From: Takakia lepidozioides
Taxonomy: Eukaryota > Plantae > Bryophyta
Direction: 5' to 3'
Assembly: GCA_030704615.1 (NCBI GenBank)
Contig: CM060732.1
Location: 67,332,001 to 67,396,000, forward strand
Length of the DNA: 64,000 nt
In this document: one piece after another, positions 26,965-39,510 of the stretch
How positions within the stretch are numbered: position 1 is the stretch's first letter
How the letters are laid out: each line of letters opens with the position of its first letter
Program-made: the position numbers and the translations under genes
Notes under the pieces: model-generated
Database searches by the model: none
The model's input: the letters and a program-made list of their open reading frames with translations, nothing else
What the model was told of the DNA's origin: nothing

Positions 26965-27090
26965 TGTAAGAGGTAAAGTTCTCCCTCGAGGACTTTCTTG
27001 GATTTGAGGCGCCTGTCCCGAGGGCGGAGCCTGAGGGCAGGGATCGAAAATCCAGGAAAGTCCAAGGGTGAGGGCTTTACCTTTCGTAAA
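26965..27090. repeat. ~110-bp foldback with a central CCCGAGGGCGGAGCCTGAGG; related copy at ~59935-60050
   Basis: Arms ggactttcttggattt / aaatccaggaaagtcc; the same core and arm motifs occur in the second copy. Confidence 0.6.
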
Positions 27091-29438
27091 AAACGAAGCT
27101 CCCGTTTTCGAGACTGCCCGTTTCCCTCTGCGTTGCCACTAGAGTTTCATTGTCATGTCATTGTAGTTCGCTGCCCAAGTTTGAAAATTGTTTGCCCAAT
27201 ATTAAGAATAATAAATCCATTAAGTATTGGGGGACAGATTCCATAATCTGGGAAATACGGCTCCCGTCCCGGGGCAAAAACCTGTAATCACGTGCGAGGG
27301 AAAATTCCTGTCAAGGAAGCCCTAATTTTAACAAAACCATAAAATCTGAAGGTTTTTACGATTCACGAAAGGGATGAAGTCTAGTATTTCACTGTCGATC
27401 AATGACGTAGAGCTTGGATTTACATGCTTTGAGTTCTCAGACTTGAGCACATGTGGGAATACTTCAAATACGTCTTTCCGGCCAAAGCCACAGTTTGTAG
27501 TAGAACCACTTCTATGGTTTTGCATTGATAGGCCCCAAGATGACGATTTGTTTTGTACAAGGTTCAAGAAGCCATACATCCATGAGGGATGAAGATTTTG
27601 CCTTTCAACTCAATTTTAACTAATTCTGGACTTTTAGCTTGAATCCGGACAAAACTTAATATAATTTTACATTTAAATCAAATCAAATAAGTACAATATT
27701 ATGAAGCAATGAATCAAGATTTAGTTTTCAAGTGAATGTGCATGACTCCAAATTCCTTAAACGTCGACATCAAAGTCGAATGACATACATTAGACAATGC
27801 AAATGATATATATTAATAACACAATTTGCATGACTCCAAATTCATTAAACATCGACATCAAAATCGCACGAGATATGTTTTTGCAAATGCCTCCGCATAG
27901 ATAGGTAGCATGTAAAAATGAAGACTTGAACTTAGACAAAATACTTTGTTTTGTAAGAAAAAAGTATGTCGGTCTCGAATCCAAATTGACTCCTGCAAAA
28001 GAGTAACCACGGATATAAATTTATTAATACTAACACATGAATACAAGGCCCGAAGGCGAACTAAAAGGTATTCAAAATCAAAACAGTACAACGAAATAAA
28101 AAAGTCTTAGTCACATGAGAAATCCGAATCAACATTAATAAAATGTGAATAAATATATGGAACCTATGAAACTTTTAGACATTTTTAATCGAAATAATTT
28201 CTCCAAACCAATGTATCAATGTACTCCAAAGTTGAAAGCTATGTACATTTACTTTTTCAATGACTCGCTTCGGGATATGAGGTTTCGAGGTATTGTTGGG
28301 TTTAGGATAAGAAAAAAAAATGAAGAGGGGGGAAAAAAAAATAACAGTGCATCGAACCTATAAGAACTTTCAATCGAGTCTTAGAAAATTATAAGTATGA
28401 ATCACACAAATATGCATGAAAGTTTATGACCTATAAAAACGTTCAATCAAGTATATTTTTACCATAATGTATTATACCCAAAGCTGGAAAAATGATTTGA
28501 ATGAGGTTTAGGGTATAGGGGTTTGGAAAAGTAAAAGTACTATCAAGTACAAAATATGGATGAGTGTGTAGAACATATAAGAATTTCCGAGTAAATATTC
28601 CGAGGACTCTATCATACATATAAGCTAGAATAAATTGAATCAATGAGCTTCAAATGTAGAAACTACGTTTTAGGGTATACTAGGGTTTAGAACAAGCAAA
28701 AGTGTAAATGATACAAATAATGGGATATTGCTTAGGACCAATACAAAATTTCATTAAATATTCCAACAACTCTTAGTAGTATACAATCCCAAAGTTAGAA
28801 AAGAAATTTTTGAGTGAGCTTCAAACATTACAAAGATATTTTTGGGGTACTGGGCTTAGGCTATTAAGCTAAAGTATAGGTAAGAACAAATATGAAAGAA
28901 TGGAACTTAGGATCTACAAAAATATCAATTAAAAATCCATACCACTTTATCTTATTAAAAATGAGTCAACGGGGGAAAAAGAATAATGAACTTCAAACAA
29001 TCAAAAAAGATTTTTAGGGTGACATACTAGGATTTAGGGTAAGCAAATTTAGTATTATTCAATGACAAACAAATTTACAAGAGTAATTAAGACATATAAA
29101 ATCTCTCAATTAAATATCATAAAATTCTATAGACTAAGTCCCCAAAGCTTAGTACTAGCCAAAAAAAAAAAAAACAATCTATTCAATCTAACAAAGGGAT
29201 GAAAAGTGCTTATAAGAAAGTTTCATACAAAATTGCTACCAAGTAGTACTAAGCAATTGTTTTAATGAGCTAATTCAATCTTATATATGTTGGGATTAAA
29301 ATTTGTTCCGACCACGTCCCCACTCTATTGTATCCCAAAGCTGAAAATTTGAGAAATGGGAGGAAAAAAAAAAAACAAACAAAAAAACCAAAAATGGGAC
29401 TTGGGCTTCAAACATGGATATGAGGTGGACATACCATT

Positions 29439-30850
29439 TTAGTTTTCATTATCTTGACGATTTGCTGATTCCAAATTTGCTCTAGCATTGTCCGCCTCTC
29501 GAACAGTTATCTTTTTTGTGCTTGTTTTTGTTGTATTTTTTCTCAGTGACATTGTCCACATTACATTGTCAACATGAATCCATTGAGCGGGATCTATTGG
29601 GTTGAACTCCCAATTTTTGGACCAACAATCTTTGTATCTATCCGCATCTGTAGGATTGCCCCCTTTCTTCGGTCTCCCCCACTCCACAAGAAGCTTTTTG
29701 TAATTGCGATCTTCTCTATCTCGTACAACATCCGATATTGCCATTCTCATCCAAACGGAAAAGTCTCCGTATCATTTGGACGAACAAGGACAAAGAATCT
29801 CTTCTCAATATCCTTGAATGGATTCAACGGTATTTTCGGACGGTCACATCTCGGCCCACAATACGGTTCCACAATATCTTCATTATCGGACAATGCATCT
29901 TGAGACTGTCTATGAACACCGTCTCTCCTGTGGTGCTCGATCCATTTTGTTACTGGCCAAAATCCTTCGATAAGTTCGTCACTTGGCTCCTCCAACGGAA
30001 GGTCGAGTTCTTCAAGAATATCCGCCCAATATTAATCATATTGTTTCATGATATTTCCATATTGATCATCTAAGAGCGTCTTTTTTTTCCAAAAATCCAT
30101 GTACTTTTTAATACCGGACTTAATGCAAGATTGTTTCTCCGATGCTTCCTCACCATCTCCCCAAATAGGTCTCTTACGGAGCGGTTTCGGCTGTCCAACT
30201 GGAAGCATTGGAGAACCATCGTCTTTTGCTTTCCACATTTTGACATTGCCATTTTTTGGAAGTCAATCGGAATCTGTTGCAGATTTTTTGTATTGCATTA
30301 GAGGCCAGCCATCCAAATCAACAAAAAACCGAAAAAAATGTGCATTTCCGTAGCTCCAACCAAAGCCTCATTCCCCTCCAAAATAAAGCCGTCGACAAAA
30401 TCTTTGAAGTCTGGAACTTCTTGAATTATTTGCGGAATGAACTGTAGGTCTTGAGATACCATGAAATTTTTTATGAGATCGGAAAGAACATAGGTGTTGT
30501 TCTCTTTCAATTTCTTCAAAAGGTAACTAATATATGCATCAATGTCATCATGCGTATGGCCAACCATGAGGAAACCAAGTTGAATTTCTTCGAACACCCC
30601 TCTTGCAGTAAACAGTGATAAGAACGCCAACATCCACATGTTCTTGTTGTCTTTGACACAATTGTCCATTTGTAGATACAATCTTCGTGGTAATAGAAGC
30701 GCTCATTTCTTATCATTTTCAGAACAAGACTTCAAAACATCCAAACACCTGGATTTTCCTCTCATTATGACTTCAAAGAAATCAGTTTGCATAGGGTTAG
30801 AATTGATCACATGCCATTAGGCCCCTCATTGACCACGAGATCACGGTCGC
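29439..30850 (-). mobile_element. Sola-like DDD DNA transposase relic
   Basis: LYLQMDNCVKDNKN...FEEIQLGFLMVGHTHDDIDA motif (30298-30681); further frameshifted ORF pieces run to 29439. Flanked by AT-rich degenerate repeats at 28.4-29.4 kb. Confidence 0.65.
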
Positions 30851-31359
30851 AAGCTCTGACAATTTGCAGTGCAAATCAGGCCACAACATCAAATTTCTTG
30901 TCCTCGGACAGTGACGACTAGGCTTATGACTGGCTGCGTAGTACATATACAATATGCATTTTTGTTGTACCTTGAATATTATTGGAAAACACAGTGATGG
31001 CATTCCGCCATTTTGTATATCACCAATTTTGTTAATACACAATGCACATGTGCGGCACCTGCCAATTTCAATTGCATGAGCAGCGTTTTCTTCACATTTA
31101 CACTCGTGTGATGGGAAAGAAGTAGTTCACCCTGTAAACAAATTTACAATGGTGTCATATTTGGTTATGACGTGTATGTGGGTATTTGCAATGAACTCCG
31201 AAAGCTGGAGAACAAGGAAAATTGATGTTAGCCAATAAGTTATAATGAGTTACGAACGGTCGTCTTCCAAACAAATTTCGCCTGGCCCCTGCGTATTTCA
31301 TAATCATTTCGCAAAATCTATGATCTTTCTACGAACATACCCACAAAGTTCTCAAAGCA

Positions 31360-31760
31360 CAAAATTGATTGATCTCATATTACACTGGCACGTATCAGAG
31401 GGTACATTGAACACACTGACAAAGTTTCAAAGCGAACGAAAATCATTTGGATGAGCAACCATCCGTTGGCCCATTGAACGAATTTCGATTGATCTCATAT
31501 TATTCTGGGGCCTCTTACATGGCACATTGAACATAGTGGCCAAGTCTCAAAGCGAACCAAAATCATTTCGATGGCCAACCATCCGTTGAGCCATTGAATG
31601 AATTTCGATTGATCTCATATTAGTCCAGGACCTGTGAGAGGGTGTCTCGAACGTATTGGCAAAGTTTGGAAGCAAACAAAAATGATTTGGATGGGCAACC
31701 ATCCGTTCACATGTTGAATGTATTCTGTTGGATCTGCTATTGCTTTGGGACCTGTTGGAC
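31360..31760. repeat. Tandem repeat, 120-bp period, 3-4 copies
   Basis: attgatctcatat at 31368, 31488 and 31608, degenerate at 31728; caaccatccgtt recurs every 120 bp. Confidence 0.85.
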
Positions 31761-33017
31761 TGTGTTTCGCGTGCTCACGATTTTTTTTTCATTCCGTTTT
31801 TTAATGGGGCGTGTAATGTAGCCATATGCAACGTGCGTGCCAAATTTGGGAGCGATCAAAATTCATTTGGACCCAAAACCACAGTTTCTTCCTTGTTTTG
31901 CACTCAAACTTGATTTGTGTTCTATGTCAAGTTAAATAAACACAGTGTGAAACTAACTAGAATAAATCTAGTTATTTGTATTTAACACTTGGATTTAGTT
32001 CAAGCGTTAAGTCAGGTGTCAAGTTTAGCTTGACACCTGAACCATCTTATATTCACGAGAGCGTCAGTCGTGCGGCTCATCTCTCTCGAGTTGAGCCTGC
32101 ACGACCGAGCTCCTTCACTGCTTAGAATCTATGTGTGCTTATGAAGGGAGAATAGGACGTTGTGGGGTGGAGTCCCCATAGCTTGGGGTGCCCTGGCTCG
32201 ACTCGTAGTTTTAATGAGTGATTGTGTTGTATTGAGTGTTTCTGTGTCAACAGTGTGATTTTAGTTTTCAATCACTCGAGAGAGATGAGCTTGCATCTGT
32301 GAGTGCCAGAGGTGAGTTTAGTTTTAGCACTTGTGGTTTTTGTTTTGAAAGTGAGAGAAGAAAATTATGGTGGTTTGTAGATTATGTTTGTGACAAGGCT
32401 GGGGGAGCAACATGATGATGCACAAATGTAAGGAAGAATAGGCTGTTGGTTTTTTTTTCCTATTATGGGTGGTGCCGAGCTCGGTTTCTGAGGAGCGTAG
32501 AGGGTTGTCGTAGAATCTGGTATTCATGTCGGCTCCACAAGCTTGGCATCTCGTGTTATACCGGAGAGCTCACTAAGAGAGCAAGCCTGTGGTGGTGCGC
32601 CTGTAACCACAAATGAATCCTGGCAATTATAAGCCACGCTGCCAGGGAGTATGTGAGAACTACATGAACATGCTCGGAACCCGTAGATAACCTGGGAAAA
32701 GCTTTTAATGGCGAGAACGTTTTGGTGTTAAAAAAATAAATTAAAAATTTAAAAAAAAAACCCTTTTGATCTAATTTCAATGATTTAGAGCCTAATTGGT
32801 CATATCTCTGTCAAATGGACTCCGTTTGACTCAGTTTTTGGGGGGATAGCTGCAAAAAGGGGAAATCTACCTATCTAGACATGGTTTTAGTTTTTTGGAC
32901 TCTGCTAAAAATCTATGGAATTTTTTGAGTGTGAGTGTGCTATGAAAGATCCACAATTCTATTTCTAGAACCTGTTGTGGTCTACATGAGAGACAAATCT
33001 GGGGATGTCCTCCTTGT

Positions 33018-33737
33018 ATGGCTGGGGGAAATGAGGACGTAATTGAAGGGCAGGTCTCTTCTCTTAGCCTGTGCATACAAGGGGACAAGATTTATGTTTC
33101 TCAAGGAACTCAGACTGATTTGAGTGGGGAGCAGTTGGACGAGTTGATGGATACTGGGAGTCAGGCATTAGCAATAGACAACAAACTGCAGTAGTTGGCG
33201 TTGAGGGCCTCAATATTGCTTTGGACAGTCAGAACTCTGTTGGAGCAAGCAGTTCTGCAGCTGTGGGTGAAATACCAAAGTGGGTGGAAGCTAGGCTTGG
33301 AACACAGCCAAAGACAGCCCCGGGGACCAAGGTGTTCAGCCACAAGGCCGTGGTGTACTGGAGCAAAAGAGCAGGAGCTACACAAGTTTTTGCAATCAGA
33401 CATGATTGCAGCCGGACACGCTCTGCACAAGGCAACCACGAGCGGGGGTTCATTAGCAATGACAAGTTTGTTCTGCTTGAAGGAGATGCAGACACTCGCA
33501 ACCGTCTCAAAGCTTTCGAGTTGAGAGACTGTCACACACCTACCTTTATTTTCTTTAGTATTCAGTGAGCGGGAGATAGAGAAGTATTGCTTTGTCTCTA
33601 CCTGGCAGAAAGAGGAGGAGGGTTGGTTAGAGCGAGCTACTGTAGCTTGGGACAAGGTTAGTGGCAGGTTTCTGGACATAGATATACCTCCTACACCTTA
33701 CCATCATGCAGAGCGAGGCACTTTGAGAGAAGTCTAG
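33018..33737 (+). pseudogene. Disrupted ORF of unknown function upstream of gag (possible extra retroelement ORF)
   Basis: Protein-like reading EIPKWVEARLGTQPK...FISNDKFVLLEGDAD / FSEREIEKYCFVSTWQKEEEGWLERATVAWDKVSGRFLDID across a frameshift. Confidence 0.35.
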
Positions 33738-34167
33738 CAGTTGATAGCATAGATCAGGATTAGAACTTGCTTGGTCGAGCCTCTATTCTTCCCCTCCTTT
33801 TTTTTTTTACTATTTTCATTACTTTGTACTTGTAGTTGCCAAAGCCTCTCTTGGTGGAGGCCACTCAGTCCGGGGTTTTGGGCTGGGATATTCTGTAGGA
33901 GCAACACTGCAGATGGATTTTGGTGTGGGGGTGTTGATGTTATGATTTATTGTGTTTGGATCATCCCCAACACCTGCATGCTTGACTGTGCGCCATGTTG
34001 GTTTTGTGTGGGCGCTTGCTTTCATAGGGATTAGGCCGGATTTTATCACCGGTCAATCCTAGAGTATGCTATCGGTGGTGAGGCTGGAGTGATGACCAGC
34101 AAGACCACCAGTGTTTCTTCTATGGTGAGGCTGGGTTGATGACCAGCCAACCATAGGAGTTCTTGCG

Positions 34168-37100
34168 GTGGATGTAGGTGCAGGTGCCCTTAGCCACTGG
34201 GATATGACCCTTAATCTGCAACAGGTGCTCACCCGTGTCACTATTAGAATTAGTACTAGAGCCTTAAAGTGTCACGTGGGGGAGGTGCGGGTTGTGAGTG
34301 TCATCACGGAATTACCCAAGGGTTTTGAGGGGAGTACGGCTATAGGCAGTAGCAGTGAGAGTGGGTTCACCAGACGAGGTGTTCGTTTCAGACCACCTTC
34401 ACCTCCACCCTCAACTAGTGCAGAGTCAGACACAGACTCGGAGGCTTCATCAATAGGTGTGCAGTTTCATTCGCCATTGTTGTAGGACGACATGGAGGAG
34501 ATGTATGGAGCTACCAAGGGGCCTCATAGGTACTCTGGAGCTATGGGCACAATCGAGCTGGATGACTTTATCCAGGAGTTTGACAGCTGGTGTGATTTGC
34601 AGCAGATGCGCAATCCACAGCTGTTCACCCCATTCATGGCGTGGAAGGGACTGTTCCAGCATTTGGAAGACCCGCCTATGGACAATTACCGCGAGTTCAG
34701 GCGAGGACATGAAGCAGAGATTGAGGAGTGGAGGATGTATTGGTCACCTGACTACGTCTCCATTATTCGAGGCACGACGCGACCAGTAGCTGCATCAGCA
34801 CCAATATCTCCCACTGCCAGCACTAGTAGTGAACAAGTAGTGCCGGTACTTCTGTAGGTGGTACCAGTTCAAAAGGTGTTATTACTCCTCCTGCCACGAC
34901 TACAACACATGTGCTTAGATTCAACCCGGTGGTGGAGTTCTTCCAGGAGTTGTGGACGAACTACCAAGGCGTACGGACAGAGAAGCTGCGAAGTTTGCAA
35001 GACTTCCAGCGCAAATCCAGTGAGAGCTTACGAGAGGCCTACACTCGTATGAGGCGCTTAATAAGTGTGACCCAAGGGGTTACTGAAGCTCAGGCAGTCC
35101 AGTTCTAGTATGGAATTTTGGACAAGGATCTCAGGAGAAGGGTGCGGGATGCAACCCTGTTACAAGCGGCCCAACCCACATTAGCAGATGTGTTTCTGCT
35201 GGCTGAGCGGATTGAGCTCAACATGGTGGAAGAGCGAGTTGTTACCATTGGATTTGGCAAGGACATGCCTGCACGAGGCGCAGCTGCCAGCCAACAGGTA
35301 CAAGGAACTGCCCAACAGCGTGGTTAGGGGGGCAAGGTTTCCCAACCCAAATTCCATGGAGCTTACAGGGGACCTCAGGTGCAGAGGCCAGTAGCATCTT
35401 TTGTAAGCCAACAGCAACCTGGGGTGATATGTTGGACATGTGGAGGACCTCATGTCAAGAAAGATTGCCCAAAGAGTGGCAAAAAGCCGGCACAAGCACA
35501 GCCTGCACAGTTGCAGTGTGGGCATTGTAGCAAGTATGGGCATGGAGATGCCCAGTGTTATGACTTGCACCCTGAGTTGCGGCAAGGCCAGTTCCAAGGG
35601 AACAATGGTGGCCGAGAGCAAGGTAGAGCACCTCAGAGAGGACGAGGTGGTCAAGCACGAGGTGTAGGACGAGAGCAAGCACAGTATGGCCAAGGATGTG
35701 GAGGTCAGGACGTTGACTAAGATATGGCCAACCGGCTTCAGCAGCTAGAGCAAAGGCTTGCTGCCATGGCCACAGCTCAGGTGGTACCAGCTCCAAGACC
35801 TGAGGGTCCTGTTCCTCCTGTTCCTCCTCAGCAGCGTCATCCTGACGGAGGAGATATGGGAGGCATGGGATTTATGTGTAGGGCAGCACTACCACTAGTG
35901 CAGGTGGAGTCTCCTGCAGCCGTCACTCGAGGAGCAGCACGAGTTCATGAGCCACGAGGTGCAGAGGTGGAGTTGGATTCACAACGTGGGGAGGCAAGCC
36001 ATCAGGCTAGGTTGCCTCAATCATTCATCTTGGCGGAGACAGTGTCGACGACATCCATGGCACCTAATTCTCGCCCCACGGATACCGAGGCGGAGGTTAT
36101 TGTGTCATTGGGAAGAGCTACACGTGCAGCACTGACACCTGTTGCCAAGGTTAGTGCAGTCAGTGTGTTGTTGGGGGCGGCCACCTCTGTGTGTCAGGCC
36201 CCACTGTTCTCAGTAACCATGATTGCGACGCCAGGGGTAAGACCAACTGCAGTGTTCTACTAGCAGCAACACTCTATGAAAGTGGGGAGGTCACTTCATC
36301 TTCTGCGGAGTTAGTGGAAGGTGTAGTGGCAGAGGGATCCTCGGATTTGAGGGTCAAGACTGCCACGGCTGCGCCATGGCAAGCTGCAGCTGCCAGGTTG
36401 ACGGAGCTGCTAGCTAGGCCAGCCTTTGAGCGCGCCATGGTGACACCTGGAGTTGTCTTGTTAGACAACTTCTCTTTGAGTGGACCGGCAGGCAAGAGGT
36501 ACCGGCCACTGCGGGTCTTGTTGGACTCGGGAGCTTAGCCACTGATGTTGGGCAAAGCCGCTATTGCAGGTTTGGGCCTCATGGAGGTGGATATGGAGCC
36601 TTGTCCCTTCCAGATACAGACATCTTTGGGAGGATCAGAGCAGACTCGGGGCATGACACGGCGTGAGTTGGCCATTAGACTATAGCCGGATCATCCTATA
36701 GATGGCTCAATGATGCGAGCCAAGGCCATTGTGACAGACGCGGTCTCTTACGATGTCCTCGTTGGTGGGGCAGTGTTGTATCCCATGGGCTTCACCCTGG
36801 ATTTTTGGGAGGAGTCAACTTCCTACAGGCCTGGATGGCAGTCAGGGGATGGTCATCGTGTACAGCTCCCTTTGACGTTCATTGGGGGTGTTGCTGCTGC
36901 CCAACGGGGCAAGATGCCAACTGCAGTTAGTTGGCCTGGAGAGTTGCTGGAGGGCAATGCCCATGCAGAGGATGTGCCACCTCCAGCAGAGCAGGATGAC
37001 ATGCATGGTACGGCGGAGTTGTCTACCATGGTTGCTCACACTCCATTGTGGGGTACGAGTAAGGATTTGCAGCAGGCTGCTGATAGACGGCTGCAACAAG

Positions 37101-38090
37101 CCTGGGTAGAGGCTTTTATACCATCAGGAGAAGAGGAGAGTGCGGTGATTGCACCAGGACCACCTCAGTTGTCGCCATTGGACACCACACCTCTTGTGTG
37201 GCAGTGCCCGGATGAAGGCATATGCCTTCTGGACTTGTTTGGCGGGATTGGCATTGGATTGGCTGCAGTGTTGCAGGCAGGTGCACGAGTTCGACATTAC
37301 CTATATGTGGAGAGGGATGAGACTGCACGACGCGTCTCACTGCGCCATGTTGCTCAGTTGGTGCAGCAGTACCCTGATTTGTTTGCTAGTGTCTGCAGTT
37401 CGTGGATACCAACAAGCTTTGCTAGCAGACATCTCCTTGCTGGGGGCGCATGATTTGGAGCGGGTTGGCCCTATTCACTTAGTAGTGGCAGGTTGGCCCT
37501 GCCAAGGGCTTTCATCAGCTGGGTATGGCAATGGGTTACAAGACTCAAGGTCACGCCTGTTTTGGGAGATGTTGAGGGTCCTGCGCTATTTACAGCTTCT
37601 GCAGACAGACTCTCCGGCATATATCTTGGAGAATGTGCCATTGATGGGTGATTCTCGGGCCAAGGTGATGGCCAGTGTACATCAAGTGCGGTCTTGGTTT
37701 GGGTCAGCAGTGTTGCTGGATGCAGCTGCAGTGGGGTCACGGGCTCATCGCCCACGACTATGGTGGACCAACTTGATGCCACCTGCATCGCTCAAGCATG
37801 CATTTGATGGGATGCAGCGGCCACCAAACCTGACGGTGGATAGCATTTTGGACATAGGGAGGCAGTCTCAGCGTGTGAGACACGATGACCGATCACCTTT
37901 GGCAGTGGTCAATAAGGTGGGTCACCCACGAGCAGCATTGCCTACACTGCTCAGCTTTCCAGGATCTCATGCTTTCCGGGATGGTGGATCTGGCCTCTTG
38001 TGGGATAGCCAGTTGCAGCAGTTAGTGGAGCCCAATGCTAACGAGCGCGAGCGGGCAATGGGTCTTACCACTGGTACCATGGCAGCGTAG
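34168..38090 (+). mobile_element. Decayed Ty3/Gypsy-like LTR retrotransposon polyprotein: gag - two Zn knuckles - aspartic protease - C5 DNA methyltransferase; truncated before RT
   Basis: gag-like FQRKSSESLREAYTRMRRL; knuckles CWTCGGPHVKKDC and CGHCSKYGHGDAQC; protease VLLDSGA...YDVLVG (~36510-36780); then the DNMT. Many in-frame stops. Confidence 0.85.
37215..38090 (+). pseudogene. C5-cytosine DNA methyltransferase domain inside the retrotransposon (one frameshift at ~37380, motif X lost)
   Basis: Motif I LDLFGGIG, II YVERD, IV AGWPCQGLS, VI YILENV, VIII SRAHRPRLWWTNL, IX ERERAMG. Confidence 0.92.
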
Positions 38091-38473
38091 CTACGGCGTG
38101 AGCCTAGCCCCGTGAGCCTGGGAGCTGAGCTCATGTTGTAGCTGCAAAGCGTGAGCGGCACAAATCTGCTGGAGAAGCAGGTCCTACAGGCGAGGATTGC
38201 AAGAAGAGGGCCTATTACCGTGGACAAAACAAAGGGGGCCACCATGCACCATGTCTGCAATGCCTGCACAAAAAGAGGAATATGAAAATATGGCAGAATT
38301 GAGCTCAGAATGATTGACACACTTTATTTCAATTCACAGATAGATGCTTACAATGAATGGCATGTGCATTTGCCCTGGTTCCGTGAACAAAATGTATGTG
38401 TTTGTCCTAAATGCAAAGTCTTCACACGGTAACCTGGAAACTAGCGTGGGAAGCGGGCATGGCTCGTATGTGT

Positions 38474-39510
38474 TCAAAGAGAATTTGGCGGAGCCCTACG
38501 TGAGGTGTCCCGCTGCAGAAGGGTGATGACTTCTCCGTAGCCTAGTGTGGCTTGGTGAATGAATTGGTCTCTCTTACCGTCGCAACACATAATTACAAGG
38601 TATATGTAATATTGATGCTTGCAGGGGACCCACTTCCCTCTCATGCCGAGAGCGCCCTCACGCATCGTTACAAAATCCGGACAAGTGCAAGTAGGGAAAT
38701 TCCCCACGGTAACCTGATATTCTTTGCCATGAAGAACTGAACCAATAGACAGCACTGTGTAAATCCGTCCATACCCCGGGGCAGGGACTTCGGTGATACG
38801 AGCCACCCGAGCCTGCAAAATTCTAGCCGATTCCATCTTGCATTCGTGATCTGCACCCGAAGCGACACGGCGCACTGTTTTTCCATCTTTTTTGTTGGGT
38901 GGGAGTCGGCACCGGGTGGAGGCATTGCCGGAGCATGTGGCACATCTGTGCCGACAGTGCACAAGGGCACCACCCGGGACCATGCAAGACAAAACCCTCC
39001 CTCCTCCAGCATGCTTATCTCGGTTGTTGACAGCGACGTCCCAAGTTTCACAGGCCAAATTGCGGGGGGAGGGGGTTTCATTATCACCGAAGGACAAACT
39101 GTTCCCTTGACGCATTGTGCCATATCGTCTGGGCAGAACTAGAATTTGTGGTCCTTTGACTCCCCACTATGATAAGGTCGGAACAACCCTGTGAATGTTG
39201 GAGCTGGAGTCCCCCTAGAGCCTTTGCATATTTTTTATTTGCATTTCTTGAAAGAGGGGGTCCGAATTGCCATGCAAGCAACTCTAGATCCTGGTGGGGC
39301 GCATTCTATATGCCACTCACTATCAATGCAATCAGATTCCTGCACCATGGCCACCACCTCCTCCAATGGGATTCCTGCTGCTGTGCTTGCATGTTCTGCA
39401 CCTGCTCCACTGGAGGAGGACCCACCTGGGAAGGGGCTGGCACACGACTTACTTTGCACTGGAGACACCTTTGGCACAGAGAAATTGACCCTGTTTGGGC
39501 GATGATTGTT
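38474..39510 (-). mobile_element. C-terminal part of a MULE-like transposase-related protein with a SWIM zinc finger
   Basis: YQVTVGNFPTCTCPDF...WVPCKHQYY (SWIM CxCxnCxH); upstream Cys-containing segment WHIECAPPGSRVAC..KKC; frameshifts. Confidence 0.7.

Noticed and set aside
32184-32205. PBS of the DNMT retrotransposon (TGGGGTGCCCTGG...)
   Set aside because: I could not match it to a known plant tRNA 3' end, and no second LTR is available to confirm the boundary.
37149-38090. Host DRM/DNMT3 gene or bacterial contamination
   Set aside because: It is intronless, non-permuted and in frame with a retroviral-type protease, and it is decayed like its TE neighbours within contiguous plant sequence.
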